Source of the DNA: Chrysomallon squamiferum
Lineage: Eukaryota; Animalia; Mollusca
NCBI GenBank assembly: GCA_012295275.1
Contig: CM022666.1
Location: 2,046,001-2,110,000 of the forward strand
DNA: 64,000 nucleotides
Reading direction: 5' to 3'
Each line of letters opens with the position of its first letter. Position 1 is the first letter of the stretch. Below the pieces are notes generated by a model. It had not been told where the DNA came from. It ran no database searches and saw nothing but the letters and a program-made list of their open reading frames with translations. Shown one piece after another: positions 41,992 to 55,789 of the stretch. A program made the translations under genes and the position numbers.

Positions 41992-44133
41992 TATTAGGAA
42001 AAAAAATGTTCCTTTTGTTGTTTATAAGGTAATAAACAATGATATTTATTTAGGCAGCGTAAACACCCATGTCGACATTAAACACAAATGGCGGTAACGT
42101 ACACCGATCTGGATGTTGTGTTGTTGCTGCTGATGTCGTTGTTGATGATGATGATGGTGGTGATCATGATGGGGTGATGTTTATTTGTTGTTGTTTATTT
42201 GTTGTTGTCTATTCTTGATAGTTTTGTTTGTTGATTTGTTGTTGATAGTAGTTTTTCTTCTTCTTGTTGCTGATGATGATGATAGTAATGACGTTTGTTT
42301 TGTTCTGTTTGTTGTTGTTTTGTTGTTGACGGTAGTTTTTGTTGCTGTGCGTGTTGATGTTGATGATGATGATGATATTTATTTGTTGTTTTTGTTGTTG
42401 ATAGTAGATTTTGTTGATGTAGTTGATGAGGTTGATGACGATGATGATATTTATTTGTTGTTTTTGTTGTTGATGGTAGATTTTGTTGATGTAGTTGTTG
42501 ATGATGACGATGACGTTGATTTGTTGTTTTGTTGATGATGTTTATTTGTTGTTTTGTTGTTGATGGATGATGATTTTATTTGTTGTTTTGTTGTTGATGG
42601 TAGATTATGTTGATGTTGGTGATGATGACGTTTATTTGTTGTTTTGTTGCTGATGGTAGTTTTTGTTGATGTTGTTGTTTAGTTACTGATTTTGTTTGTT
42701 TTGTTTGGCTCTGGGTTGCATTTTCTGTTTTCATTGCAGCTTTTGGGGATGTTGTGTTTGGACTTGTTTATTCTGTCTTTTCACAGAAAAGATTTTCAAT
42801 TTTTTCCAATTTCGTATTTATTTTTTATCTTTTTAATTTATTTATTTATTTTACACCGACAGTATGTTAATATTTATAGGGTGATACATAAATTTCTGGG
42901 CATGATTCATTTTGCACTGACGTCATACTACAGTGTTAACTGCCAATTTTAATTTTTTTTTATTTTTTTGATGTGTCTGCAATAACTGCAGATATTCTCT
43001 ATATTTATATCTTTCTATCTGTCTATCTGTTTATCTATCAGTCTATCTATCTATCTATCTATCTATCTATATATATATATATATATTCAGATTCTTTTAA
43101 ACTGAATGTATTTATATTTGTATGTACATATGTATGTATGCATGTATGTGTGTATGTGTGTATGTATATATATATGTACATATGTAAGTATGTATGTCTG
43201 TATGTATGAATGCACGTATGTATGTATGTATGTATGTATGTATGTATGCTTGTTTGCTTGTATTTACGTATGTACGTACGTACGTATATATCTGTTTTTA
43301 TGTATTTGTATATATAGATATGCATGTTTATGCATGTTTGTTCACAAATGCATATTCGTGTCAGTATGACACAAACAAATAAAACCCTCTGCAATATTTA
43401 CTACTGTCTTCAGAAAAAAAACCAATTCACATAATTTATTTTATATTTACATAAGAAAAATATAGACTTCCACACATATGCAGTGAATGAACTTTTTTTT
43501 TTCTTCCATTAACAGTCATATATTTATAGTCGTATAGTTAAATAATTTACATTAGTCTTATTTTATTTGCAAATATACGTGTGTTCAGAGTTTATGTGAG
43601 TTTGTATGTTCGTGTGTGTGCGTGTGTGTGTGTATACGATTGTGTGTGTGAAAGGTTTTGACTGTGTTTGTGTATGTACGTACGTGCGTGTCTGTGTGTG
43701 TGTGTGGGTGCGGGTGTGTGTGTGGGTGTGAATAAATGTGGAATATTATTTAAGATCTGGCAAATTCACAAATACAGAAATTCTAGACAGCTAATGTTTT
43801 GTTAGTTCAAAGGGTTCGGGGAGAGCAAGAGTTCTGTATGAAAAAGTCAACAAATGTCATTGTACGCCATTTTTATGTTTAACCAATCGAGTCACGAAAT
43901 CTAAAGGCGCGTTTATACATTACAATTCACGGTAACGATTTTCTATGTGTATTTTGTTTTAAAAGAAAAGAAAAGAAAAATAATTGTTTGCGTGTTTATC
44001 GGTTATATATATATATATATATACACACACATATAGATAAACATACATATATACATACGTACATAGATACATACCCATGTACACACACACACATACATAC
44101 ATACATACATACATACATACATACATACATACA

Positions 44134-44159
<26 letters not shown>

Positions 44160-44164
<5 letters not shown>

Positions 44165-44470
44165 TAAAATATCAAACTGAACAGTTTGTAACACATACCA
44201 AAAATACAAATATTTTGTAAATGACAAACAAAATATCAAACTGAATGTAGTTTGTAACAAATACACACAAAAAAATATCAAACTATTTTGTATCCACTGA
44301 CATTAAAAATACCAAACTATTTTGTGTTCATTGACACATACTACAAAATGCATCAAAACTTTTTTGTATCTACCGACATTAAAAATACCAAACTATTTTG
44401 TATCCATTGACACATACTACAAAAAGCATCAAAACTGTTTTGTGTCCACTGACACATATTAAAAATATCA
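44160..44470. repeat. Degenerate minisatellite (aaaatatcaaact...ttgtatccactgaca)
   Basis: Repeated 31-39 bp imperfect units. Confidence 0.7.
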
Positions 44471-44575
44471 CCCGAGTTCGTTCACCGAGAAAGCCATGGG
44501 TTTTGTAAAGACACGTCTAAACGTTAGGAAAAAGTAACAAGATTTTTATTTAAGAGGATTACCTCAGTATTAAAC

Positions 44576-44629
<54 letters not shown>

Positions 44630-44844
44630 ATTTGTTTGTTGGCCCAAGTTTTCGGGTGTAATAGTTTGTGTATGTCACTGGTAAGTGACGTAGATGTATA
44701 TTATTAGGTCGTCGTATTGTGTGGGAACTGTTCCTAGAATTCACGGCCGTTTGGGAATGAGGTGAAGGCTGTTTTTTTTTTTTTTTCTATAATGTTATCT
44801 CCCCTAATTTTTGGTATTTTATATGCACGTGTGTATCTGTTGGT

Positions 44845-44980
<136 letters not shown>

Positions 44981-44984
44981 CAGA

Positions 44985-45081
<97 letters not shown>

Positions 45082-45844
45082 AGATATTGGGGGAGAGAGA
45101 GAGTGTGTGTGCGTGCATGTGCGTGTGTGTGTGGATGAAGAGATGGATAGATGTTTCAGTGGGTAGATGAATGAACATTAATATCATAGTTTACTATTAA
45201 AAGGCGCTGGGTATACTTTTCATGCATAATATGAGGAAAACCCTCCAAAAAAAAGTTTAATGCTATTCCATAACTGATTTTTTTCATCGCGACTGTAAAG
45301 ACAAATATGATAACAGCGAAGTGATTCGATCCAAGAACTTATCACACCTTGGGTTACAGTTTAAATCAAACTACGAGACATTCTGGTGTATTTATCCCAG
45401 ATAACTATATTAAATAAAAACCTAAACTATTAATTTAGGAAAGAACTGAAAATATTTATATAAAAAAAAAAAAAATAAAAAATAAAAAAAATTAAAGAAA
45501 TTTTCAATTTAAAATAAGTATTGAAATTACTGGTTTAAAAATGAAATAAAAATATTAATTTGAAAACGAACTTAAAGAATTATTTTAAAAAATGAAATTG
45601 AAAATATTAATTTAAAAAAATAAATATTTTATGAAAAAAAAAATAAAATTAAAATTATTTTAAAAAGAACTCAAAAAAACTAATTTGAAAATATTAATTT
45701 AAAATAAAACCTAAAAATATTATTTGTAACATAAAATGAAGATAATAAAAAAATAAAAAAAATGACAAAATTAATTTAAAATAAGTACTTAAAATATTAA
45801 TTTAGTTATTTAAAAAATAATAATAATAATAATAATAAAAAATG

Positions 45845-45879
<35 letters not shown>

Positions 45880-46269
45880 TCAAGAAAAGAATTGTAAAAA
45901 TTATTTTCGAAAAAATAAATAAAAAATTGTTAAAAAAATTTAAATTCAAATTCAAAAAAGAAAAAAAAAAAAAGAGATAAAAAAAAAAACGATAATGTAA
46001 AATAACCAAAACCTTTTTACGACCCGTTTTATCAGCTTATATCCCGACACCAGTACTTAAAAATAAATCAAACTTGTAGCATGAAAAGACCTGTACATTT
46101 TTTTTTAATTTAAAAAACCCCGGCTGAATGCAACACACTGGAAAACCCGTAATCATTACCATAATACACAACACGATCATTTCAACACATTTCAATACGT
46201 TATTACGTGCGTACGTTTAATAATAACAGCCTGTATATCTCTCTCTCTCTGTCTCTCTCTATCTCTCAC

Positions 46270-47341
46270 CTGAAAGCACTGCCAGCATTATCTGTCAGTG
46301 TCTGAGTCGCTTCCTTCCTTTTCTTGTCGTCGACGACAGATTGTTATTAGCTCTTTCTTTTCCCGTCTCGATGTGTAAAATCCACTCCGAAGGCAAAGAA
46401 GTTCGCACCGCGTGTGTACATACTCACAACATGCCTGTCACTGCCAATAAAACGTCTCCCCAGCGGTTCGAATCACAATCCGATTTTATCCGGCTCCGTT
46501 TCAATTGCTTGACGATCACGTGACACAGCCAAAATGGGGGAAGTCTGGTCGCTAGGGAGCGAGACGGTTTGTTGTTGTTTTTTTTGTTTCGTTGACCGCT
46601 CGCGCTCTTTCCATTTCGCGTTACTGGTTTTTTTTTTTTCACTGTAATTACAAATAAAACTGCAAGTCGACTCTTCGCTCTCTCATCTACCGCGAGTAAA
46701 CACGTTTTCTTTTCACGTCTGACTAACGTATGACTTCTTTCTTTTTTTTTAATTCGCTAAGTCAGTGTAATTGTTAGGCGCCCGCTGTTATACACGGTGT
46801 CGTTATTCAAGTTGTACACACACACACACAAAAACATCGACCTTTGCTTTTGAACCCGACTACAGAACACATAACAATAGTCCTGCTAGCGATTAAGATT
46901 TTTTTTTTTTTTTTTTTTTTAAGCGAAACCGTTTGAGCAAGTGGCTGTTTTGCTGGCGGCTGTAACGGGCTTTGATAAGACCTCTCTGACATTTGTAAGT
47001 TGCCCCACACAACTAGGGGTATTAGATCAAACGCGCGAAATGAAGTAAAGAGATTAACAAAACGCGTGCTTTGTATTGAACAGAATAAAAAAGAATAAAG
47101 CACATACGCCGTTTCCATATATGACGTGTTTGTCGGTGTTTCGTTTACAGTGTTGATGTCGTTTCTTTTTTTTAATAAAAGAATGTTTAATCGATCTCGG
47201 ATTATTATTTTCTTCTCACGAGAAGCGGGTTAATATATACGTTTTCTGTGTTTAACTAATTAAGTCATTTCTGTCGACGGGATTTGAACACGTAGCAGCA
47301 TGCCTGTGTTTTATTTTCAATCTTCTTTTCTACAGCTTCAG
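46270..47341. promoter_or_regulatory. Putative divergent promoter region with outward-facing non-coding first exons
   Basis: CpG-rich unique sequence. Minus-strand donor CAG|gtgaga at 46270 points toward Roco. Plus-strand donor CAG|gtgagt at 47341 points toward the glycosyltransferase. Confidence 0.4.
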
Positions 47342-47344
47342 GTG

Positions 47345-47415
<71 letters not shown>

Positions 47416-47541
47416 TTCTCTGTCTTTCTGTCTTTCTCTATCTCTCTCTTTTTCTGTCTCTCTCTTTGTCTCTTTCTCTCTTTTTTCTGTCTCTATCTCT
47501 CTATTTATTGTTCTCTTTCTTTTTCTCTCTTTCTCTATACA

Positions 47542-47592
<51 letters not shown>

Positions 47593-48220
47593 TTCAAACA
47601 AACACTGGTACAAAACCTAACGCATATATGTTGTTGTTATTTTTTGGGACTGCTATTTAAAAATCATAATCATCCTTAACTGATCGTAGGAAATATATTC
47701 GGTAAAATCTCTGCTAAAATAATGCCACGATCGAATCTGCATGACTGCCTAAGTGAAATAAATGTGTCTATTTTTAGTTTATTTAATTTTTAACGTGACA
47801 TCAACAAACAAACAAAATTATAGTAATAAATAACTTGTTGTATATTGAACGTCGTGCAAACGAGAAATTTTAATTTGCTAGAGATAATGATAAAATGAAG
47901 AACAGTAGTAATAATAATAATAATAACATTAATAATAATAAAAACTACAGTAATAATAATAATAATAATAACAGCTAGATTAATAATGATAATAACATTA
48001 ATAGTAATAATAACAACTACAGTAATAATAATAACAACAACATTAATAATAATAATAATAATAACAACTATAGTAATAATAATAATAATATTAATAACGA
48101 AAACATAAACAAAACCTGATAATAATAACAGCAGCAGTGGATAACAGTATCTGTAAAGTATTACTAACAAATAAAGAAGAAGAAGAAGAAGAAGAAGAAG
48201 AAGAAGAAGGAGAAGGAGAA

Positions 48221-48265
<45 letters not shown>

Positions 48266-48796
48266 CAGAAAGAAAGAAAGAAAGAAAGACAGAAAGAAAG
48301 AAAGGCATTGCTATCAGATTTTCATAAACGTGGTTGTGTCACGGTATTTAGGATTACATCTTGGAGAAATGTGAAGTTCACCACTTTCTGAATCAGTATA
48401 CATTTAAGTAAAATAAAATAAAATGTATGGTACTTAAGGGAGATAATTTACAAATGTCCTCACTCGAATACGACCGAAGAGTTGTTTCCCCTTTAACCCA
48501 AGCTACCCACACAATATATACTATACATACACACTCACATTCATACATATAAACATTTATACACATATATATATATACTTAAACATATACATATATATAT
48601 ATATATATATATAAAAATATACAGTAGTATATGAATTTTATAGCACATTAAATTAGTTGGACTCATTTTTCTTTCTTTGATTAAATTAATAAAAAAGCTT
48701 GTATTTTTATATTAGCTTTTTTGTTTGAATAATAAATGTTTTCTTTTTTCATAACTGTTTACCTACTTTTGTTCCCCCCTGTACACACACATATAC

Positions 48797-48855
<59 letters not shown>

Positions 48856-48858
48856 CCC

Positions 48859-48893
<35 letters not shown>

Positions 48894-48954
48894 GCCACAT
48901 CCACACACACATAATTTTCTTCTTCTTTTTTTTTTCTAACTTTCTTTTTTTTTT

Positions 48955-49321
48955 TAAATGAAGATAGAAACTTTGTGTGTGAAAAAACAAAGGTAAATAA
49001 AATATTGCCTCCATCAGGTAAAGTACTGAAAGATGACAGGTTTGCTTTGAACTGTGATCGAGAATCGATAAATAATCAAGGTGTAATGATGACACACACA
49101 GAACGACAGGTGTTAAATGGATTCTACGCACATAAATCTAACACGAGTCATTTTTCTTAATTAACATCCAGAGTGAGTTTGTCAGACTTGTTTTCAGTAA
49201 TACACTACATTACAACGTTCTGTATAATTGAGATAATATTTTAATTTTTTTTTTTTTTTTTGCTGTTGTTGTTGTTATTTTATTTGTTTGTTGTGTTGTT
49301 GTGGGTTTTTGAGGGGGAGGG

Positions 49322-49358
<37 letters not shown>

Positions 49359-49823
49359 ATAAGCCCTAATATTAAGATTCATTATTCATTTCACATCATG
49401 TTTGTATTTGGAAAATGCATTGCGTGTTTGTATCTGAATTTTATCAATCTGTATTGGTTGCTATGCGCTTCCTGCCATGGGTGGGGTTACTATTTTGGGA
49501 TGAGTCTAAAACGGAGCCCCCCTCCCCGTCCCAAGATGACATAATATTTAATAAAATAAAAAAAACTAACGGTCCAGCTATTCTCCAGTACTCTTGACAC
49601 GTATATTCGGATCAAGGTCACTGTGCAGTGTAGCGTCTAATTTCCTCTTTTCGTTAACAATTTCTATCGATTAGGAACGATTTTCGCGAAGTGTTCCGAA
49701 CACGAATAAGCCGTATCGTATGCTTCCGCGAGTATTTAAATCGCAGTCTGTTCTTCTGAGTGTGATATCCTGTGCAGATTATAACCATAACCATAAATGA
49801 AGTGTTATTATTAAGCTTGTTTT

Positions 49824-49854
<31 letters not shown>

Positions 49855-50228
49855 CTTCCCATCTGGTTGAAATTCCAGTTCGTATAATTCCCATTTCGTA
49901 GAAAAAAACTCGTCTACCGCAATACCTGATTACCTCTGTATATAATGAACTTGGCCTGTACATACATCTGGTTTCTTTCTAACATTCAGAAGCGGAGAGC
50001 ATTGTTCCTAAATCAATTATGTAACATCATCCGAAAGCAGAATAAGCATTTATTGCTCATTTGTTGTAGATTTTTTACTTTTTCATTATTATCATCATCA
50101 TCTTCTTCCTCCTCGTTGTCATCATCATAATCATCATCGTCAACATTATTATTATTATTATATTATTACTATTATTATTGTTGTTGTTGTTATTATTATT
50201 ATTCGTATTCTTCTTATTCTTATTCTTC

Positions 50229-50290
<62 letters not shown>

Positions 50291-50380
50291 TAAATTGCTC
50301 ATTTCTAATTCATAAACATTTCCTTTCCGTTACAAAACAACCGACCAATAATAAACAATTTTACATGAATTTCATCTGGC

Positions 50381-50424
<44 letters not shown>

Positions 50425-53290
50425 AAAAAAAAAAACGGCACGATGTGTTTTTTGTTAATTCTCATGGTTTGCTTCTGTAAAAAAAGCCGACAAAAATATT
50501 ATTATGAATAACTAATTTTATTCAACAATATAATAAAAAAACACAAAAAAAAACACATATTTTACATACGAGTAATTCACTTATATTCAGTAAATAGAAT
50601 ATGTGAACGTTACATTTATCATTAACTGTTTGAATTAAACCATATTCAGCTTAAACATGTTCAAGATATATGTTTCTGAGCATATTTATGTTATACACAC
50701 ATACATATTCACATTGTGCACATATTATACAATATATGTGACATAGTATATTAACAATATGTACACTAAAGATATTATGACCTGCAAATACTTTGGCTAT
50801 GACTGAAAAGGTTTATTCGAAGGACCAAATCATTGGGAATACTTTTAGATGAATACCTTCTTTTTTAATTATTTACTTTCACTAAATTCGATACATAGAT
50901 TATTTCGATATTTTTCATATTTGCATACTTTATGCGATAAGCGATATCCATACTACAATAATAGCTCAGATTAAAGATGGAATTGGTTCCAAATTTCCAA
51001 TAGTGAAGTGAGGTATCGTTAAGCGGGAGACTAATTTACATAGAATTAAGGTTAAAAACAGTGGTTACTTTCTCGCTGATGAAATCTGACATAAAAAAAA
51101 GACGTGAAATAAGGAGAAATAAAACGGCACTTTAGACATAAATGATTTACTAGATTATAGATATTAAGTAAACAGTAAATCATTTACAAATCAATTTATA
51201 CAAATACATTAAGAAATAATTGTGGGTTCATTTTTATGGGTTTTGGTTTCATTTAAGATAATGTATTTTGTTTCTAAAGTTATAGTCTACCGTTTCTTTT
51301 TATCATCAGCATTTGCCGGTATGCTGTTATTCGTTTTGACATATTGGAAGGGTAAATTACAAAACAAGTTTAAGTCTAAATCGAAGCAGAAGACAAAAGA
51401 GAATCAGAATATCACATGCACGCATGACGTGTCAGCTGATCAACACAGCTGAGAGAAGCTCGTGAATTACGGATTAAAACGAATTTAAAAACATGCATTG
51501 TATCCATTTGTATAATTTATTTCGAGGAATTAACTATTAAATTTCTATTTGTATAATTTGTAAAGAAAAAAGATCGTTAAAGCAGGATATCGTTAAGCTA
51601 GATATTACTGTATCTATACAATAATAATTGCTTTCCAGATAATCTGGAACAGTTCATTATAATGACTGAGGGTAAAAACAGGCATGTCAATAAAACCACT
51701 GAACCACATTTAGCCTTTCGACGAAATGGGGATTCTACCAGATGGGGAGTAAGCCATTGATAGTGTGCACTCTGCAGTTATCGATAAACGGCATTTCTGA
51801 ATTGTACTTCGTAGCTGTCTTGTGTCAGTCAGTGGTAGGGCGTGTCTTAGCCCGATCAATTCCGTTCATGTGCAGTTCAAGAAAAATAATAGCATCAAAT
51901 AATGAGGTGTGTCGTGTGGTTTTCTGCATACTCTGTGCAATGTTTTGTGATTCACACACGAAAGTTGGATAAAAGACGATAAAAGATTTGAGATCATAAC
52001 GGCTAAAACTCGCTGTCTGCGTTAAGAAATCGGATTGCAATCAACAGAGAGGCAAGTTTTTTCGTTTCTGAAAGCTAATTTATTCATTTTTTCAGTTACA
52101 TTCTATACATGTGTGTGATGTATGTGTTTATGAATGTATATATATAATTATATATGATGGGGTGCGTATGTATATATAAGTATGTATGTATATTCTAATG
52201 AAATGAAAAACTGTTATTAGCAATAGTAGTTGTTCTTGTTACTGTTACTGATATTATTATTATTATTATTGTTGATATTGTTGTTGTTAATGTTGCTGTT
52301 GTTATTTATTTCGTTTTATTTCATGTCTTTTATTTTATTTTATTTTATTTTATTTGTTTGTCTCTCGGTCCGTCTGTTTCGTTGACAAAGACCAAACTGA
52401 CTTTTAAACACCAATTACTGTCACTGAGACTTCGTCGGTTAACTCACTGACAAAAAGAAAAATCCTAGCAAAACACGACATCTAAAAAGATTCGTTCTGA
52501 ACGTCTGAATCTATGCCTAACGTGTCTAACTCACGTGCTATCGATGAACACCCGTGATACAATGGTATCGCAATCTGAAGCTGGCTCGTTGAGAGTTTAT
52601 CCTTATCGATTGTTTTCGGATCCATTACTGAACACACACAAAAAAAAAAAAAGGCTCTTTTAATCTGGAGGTTTAAAGAAGAAAGAAAGAAAAAAAAACC
52701 CAATGAAGTTAATGTAATAATTAGTGTCCAGGTATTCAGTTGGCGGACCGGAAGTGCTCTGCTGGCCAAGGGTTGTCCACCCCTGATTTACGTTATACTG
52801 CGATTTTTAAACTATAGTACGCTCCTCTGAGATGTTGTTCTGTAAAATCACTTTTATGTGTGTCTCCCGTTTACGAATGATCCATTACATGTCTTGGTAT
52901 GTGGATTCCCTCTCTCTGCCAAATGTATTAATTGGCGTATCATTCATGGCAAGGTTTGTATAAAAGATCCGGAGTTACGGGTTTTCGTAACGTCGTAATA
53001 AGGCAAAATACCATATATTTTACATACTTTATTATTAGTAAAGACTGTTTTTCAAAATCTATTTTGACTGTATATATATTCTTTTAAATGAAGATGGAAG
53101 TTTGCGTGTGTGAGAAAAATTAAATATTGCTTCCATCAGGTAAAGTACTGAAAGATCACAGGGTTGCTTTGAACTGTGATCGAGAATCGATAAATAATCA
53201 ATCAAACACGAGTCATTTTTGTTAATTAATATCCAAAGTGAGTTTGTCAGACTTGTTATAACGTTCTGGATAAATGACATAATTTTGCAG
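48955..53290 (+). repeat. Dispersed direct repeat pair (about 48955-49240 and 53085-53290)
   Basis: Shared aaatgaagat...ccatcaggtaaagtactgaaagat...gagaatcgataaataatcaa block with indels. Confidence 0.8.
49856..51750. mobile_element. Possible degraded DNA transposon bounded by inverted repeats
   Basis: cccatctggttgaa...cccatttcgtagaaa at about 49858-49905 is inverted relative to tttcgacgaaatgggg...accagatgggg at about 51716-51747. No TSD identified. Confidence 0.35.
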
Positions 53291-53620
53291 TTGTTGTTAT
53301 TTTATTTGTTTGTTTTGTTGTTGTTGTTGTTTTTATATGTATATGTTGTGTGTGTTTTAAAAAAAAAAAAAAAAAAATTCAAGACCAAAGCTTAATATAT
53401 ACTTAAAACAAAACAAAATAAACAATGAAAAGTGAATAATTAATTTAACAGATACCAATGTAACTAACATTAAATTACTTAATATACGTATAAAGTCAGT
53501 TTTCTGTTAATTCTGGTTTTCAGGAAGCAGGATAAATGGTCTGATGCCTCTACTATATTTCATCTGTCAGAAATGCATGAATACATAAATAAATAAATAA
53601 ATTAGCAAACAGATGTGTTT

Positions 53621-53698
<78 letters not shown>

Positions 53699-53916
53699 CA
53701 GTGATATTACCATTGTACTATTTATTATCATTGTTGTAGTTGTTGTTGCTGTAGCTGTTGTTGTTATTATTGTTGTTGTTGTTGTTGTTGTTATTGTTGT
53801 TGTTGTTGTTATTATTGTTGTTGTTACTGTTGTTGTTAGCTGTTATTATTGTTGTTGTTGTTGTTATTGTTATTATTTTCTATTTTCTATTTTAGGTGAT
53901 CAAGATCAAGACCAAG

Positions 53917-55094
53917 ATGAATAAACCGTTTCATCGTCTTAAAGCTACAAAACTTTTAGCTTTTTTCATCATCATCATTTCCCTGGTATTACTTCTAATC
54001 TTATTTTCACTGAATTCCAATCCACAGACGATCAAACAACAGCCCATCATCGTGTTCAATCAGAGGAAAGCAGACGACAAATTAACTATTTACAAATATT
54101 TGTTTGGCCCCGCCAGAGTACCAACAGTCAAGGAACAAACTTTTACACGGCGTAAGAAATATTTTATTTACTCTTGTGATGGGAGTGGTTTATGTGGGGG
54201 GTTAGCAGACCGTCTCGAAGGAATCGTGGCGGGGTATTTAATCGCAGAAATGCTGGGGAGAACGTTCGGTATTAAGTTTACTGTGCCCTGCGAATTATCG
54301 AAGTATCTTATGCCGAATGTGGTGAACTGGACGATTGATAACGAAAAGCTCCGAGGTTTGCCGACTAAATACGAGTACGTGATCGACCAGCAGGCATGGG
54401 CGTTAAGAGATCGGATGGTTTCCATGGATTTTGAAGCGTCGTACAAACAGGATGTCGTGTACTTCAGAGTGAACCAAGAATTTGTACAGTACTTGATGAA
54501 AAATAAGTTGTTCAAAATTTAAAGTGGACGGTCGGCCTAACAGTGCCGGACATTTACAACATTGTTTACCGAAGACTGTTTCTCTTGACGCCAAAACTTG
54601 AGGATCGATTTCGCGATTTTCAGACGATCGCCAGAAAAAATAACAAAAAACTTGTCTGCGCCCAGATTCGGGTCTGGAGAAATCCCACAATTCCAAGCGA
54701 CTACGAACCGAAACAAAGACTAGACCTTAAGGTTGTGTGGAATTTCTTGAACTCTTACAACGACAGCAGCAAGTACAGCATTTTCGTCTCCTCCGACTCG
54801 GAGCAAGTTCGCAAGACCGGTTTCCGTTTGTACCCCGAAGCCGTGGTCGACGTTGAAGGCAGTATTGTCCACGTCGAAAGAAGCACGGGCGCCCAGGTGT
54901 GCGGGGGACTTGGCAAAGTAATTCTCGATCAGCTGGTGCTGTCAACGTGCGACGTCCTCGTGCTCACGAACAGCGGAGTTGGCAGGATCGCGTCGTTCCT
55001 GAGAGGAAGCAGCGAAGGACTGTACTGTGCTTCGATACAAAAGTTTGAAAAATGTTCACCGTTTGATCCAGGGTTTATCCCGAAAGCCTGGTAG
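53917..55094 (+). CDS. Type II membrane fucosyltransferase-like glycosyltransferase (GT-B fold, GT11/GT23/GT37-like motifs), with a 1-nt frameshift at about 54507-54519
   Basis: Short basic N-terminus and TM helix (LLAFFIIIISLVLLLILFSL). Motifs CGGLADRLEG, VCAQIRV, IFVSSDS, IVHVE and DQLVLSTCDVLVLTNSGVG. ORFs 53896-54522 and 54543-55094 join (KLFKNLKWTVGLTVPDIY) if one A is added. Acceptor ttttag at 53895. Confidence 0.8.
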
Positions 55095-55104
55095 CTTCTA
55101 TGTA

Positions 55105-55149
<45 letters not shown>

Positions 55150-55569
55150 TCATATTTAAAATTATCATCTCAAGGTTATTTTTATCAGTAGGAAATGGGT
55201 AATGGGACAGCTTGTTGCTGTCCAAACCCTAGATCAGTATGTGACTTTTTTTTCTTTATTTTTTTTCTTCAACTATACTTCGTTTTTTTATACAACAAAA
55301 ATAAGAAAATGTTCTAAAAGGACTATTTTTTCCACTTTAAAAAAAAAATATCTTAAACGCACTTTCCTATAAATAAAAAATGAAATATCAAACAATTTAA
55401 AAAGATAAAAAACACCACAATTTGTTTTTTTTAAAACCAACACTATATTAAAATGTTCTAAATGAGAGAATCACTTTTCTTACTTTTTTTGTTCAACCAA
55501 TCTTTAACAATAATAAAATATGATAATCAAATTACATAAAGATAACGATGCAGTAATGAACATAACTAA

Positions 55570-55626
<57 letters not shown>

Positions 55627-55755
55627 CACACATACATACATATATATACCATAATTTAAATCATGCAGTTTAGATACGGACTCGGCAATTCAGACAAAAG
55701 TTAATTTCTTTCTAACAATTTGTTAAAAATTATTTATTATTATTATTATTATTAC

Positions 55756-55789
<34 letters not shown>

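Noticed and set aside
42120-42680. Hydrophobic/Asp-rich ORF 42185-42535
   Set aside because: Degenerate (GTT/GAT)n repeat with no splice support.
51000-51612. Tigger-like right end (gatatcgttaagctagatattactgta)
   Set aside because: No matching left TIR could be identified with confidence.
54512-54522. Programmed -1 frameshift at AAATTTA
   Set aside because: The heptamer is phased to the downstream frame rather than the incoming frame, and no clear stimulatory structure is visible. A simple indel explains it.
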